Source: an uncultured bacterium
Lineage (GTDB): Bacteria > Zixibacteria > MSB-5A5 > GN15 > FEB-12
Assembly: GCA_965372795.1 (NCBI GenBank)
Contig: CBDVDR010000021.1
Span: 1 to 58,403 of the forward strand
Reading direction: 5' to 3'
Length of the DNA: 58,403 nt
The notes under the pieces are model-generated. The model ran no database searches and had not been told where the DNA came from. It saw only the letters and a program-made list of their open reading frames with translations. A program made the position numbers and the translations under genes. This document shows, piece after piece, positions 58,381-58,403 of the stretch (positions are counted from its first letter, which is position 1; each line of letters opens with the position of its first letter).

Positions 58381-58403
58381 ATATTATAAAGAGATATTAC
58401 TTA

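Noticed and set aside
1..58403. Mobile elements, tRNA/rRNA genes, anti-phage defence systems
   Set aside because: I recognised no transposase, integrase, phage, nuclease or structural RNA signatures

Overview
This is an AT-rich bacterial chromosomal segment with about 38 supportable CDSs. I found no rRNA, tRNA, CRISPR array, integrase or transposase. The combination of C-terminal 'L-x-QNYPNPFNP...KKMxxxK' sorting domains and a 'DITYLVEYLF-x-x-GPPP' dockerin suggests an FCB-group organism such as Zixibacteria (inference). The left two-thirds holds housekeeping and envelope genes: PMM/PGM, M1 and M48 peptidases, fbaB, recA, dnaE, coaX, thioredoxins, a cytochrome-c-fused bd-type oxidase pair, and an ECF sigma fused in frame to its anti-sigma. 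It also holds a sigma54-preceded PEP-CTERM gene and a sigma28-preceded GGDEF-nagZ-anmK-spoIID-ompA-2H operon. The right 15 kb is the most unusual part. A dockerin- and cohesin-bearing S8 protease is followed by three paralogous giant secreted proteins. Each carries one shared cohesin-like domain on a stalk of cadherin/Ig-like repeats. The repeat cysteines co-vary between adjacent domains, which points to disulfide-stapled rigid rods and possibly a cellulosome-like display scaffold for proteases. All calls come from reading motifs by eye; no database searches were run.
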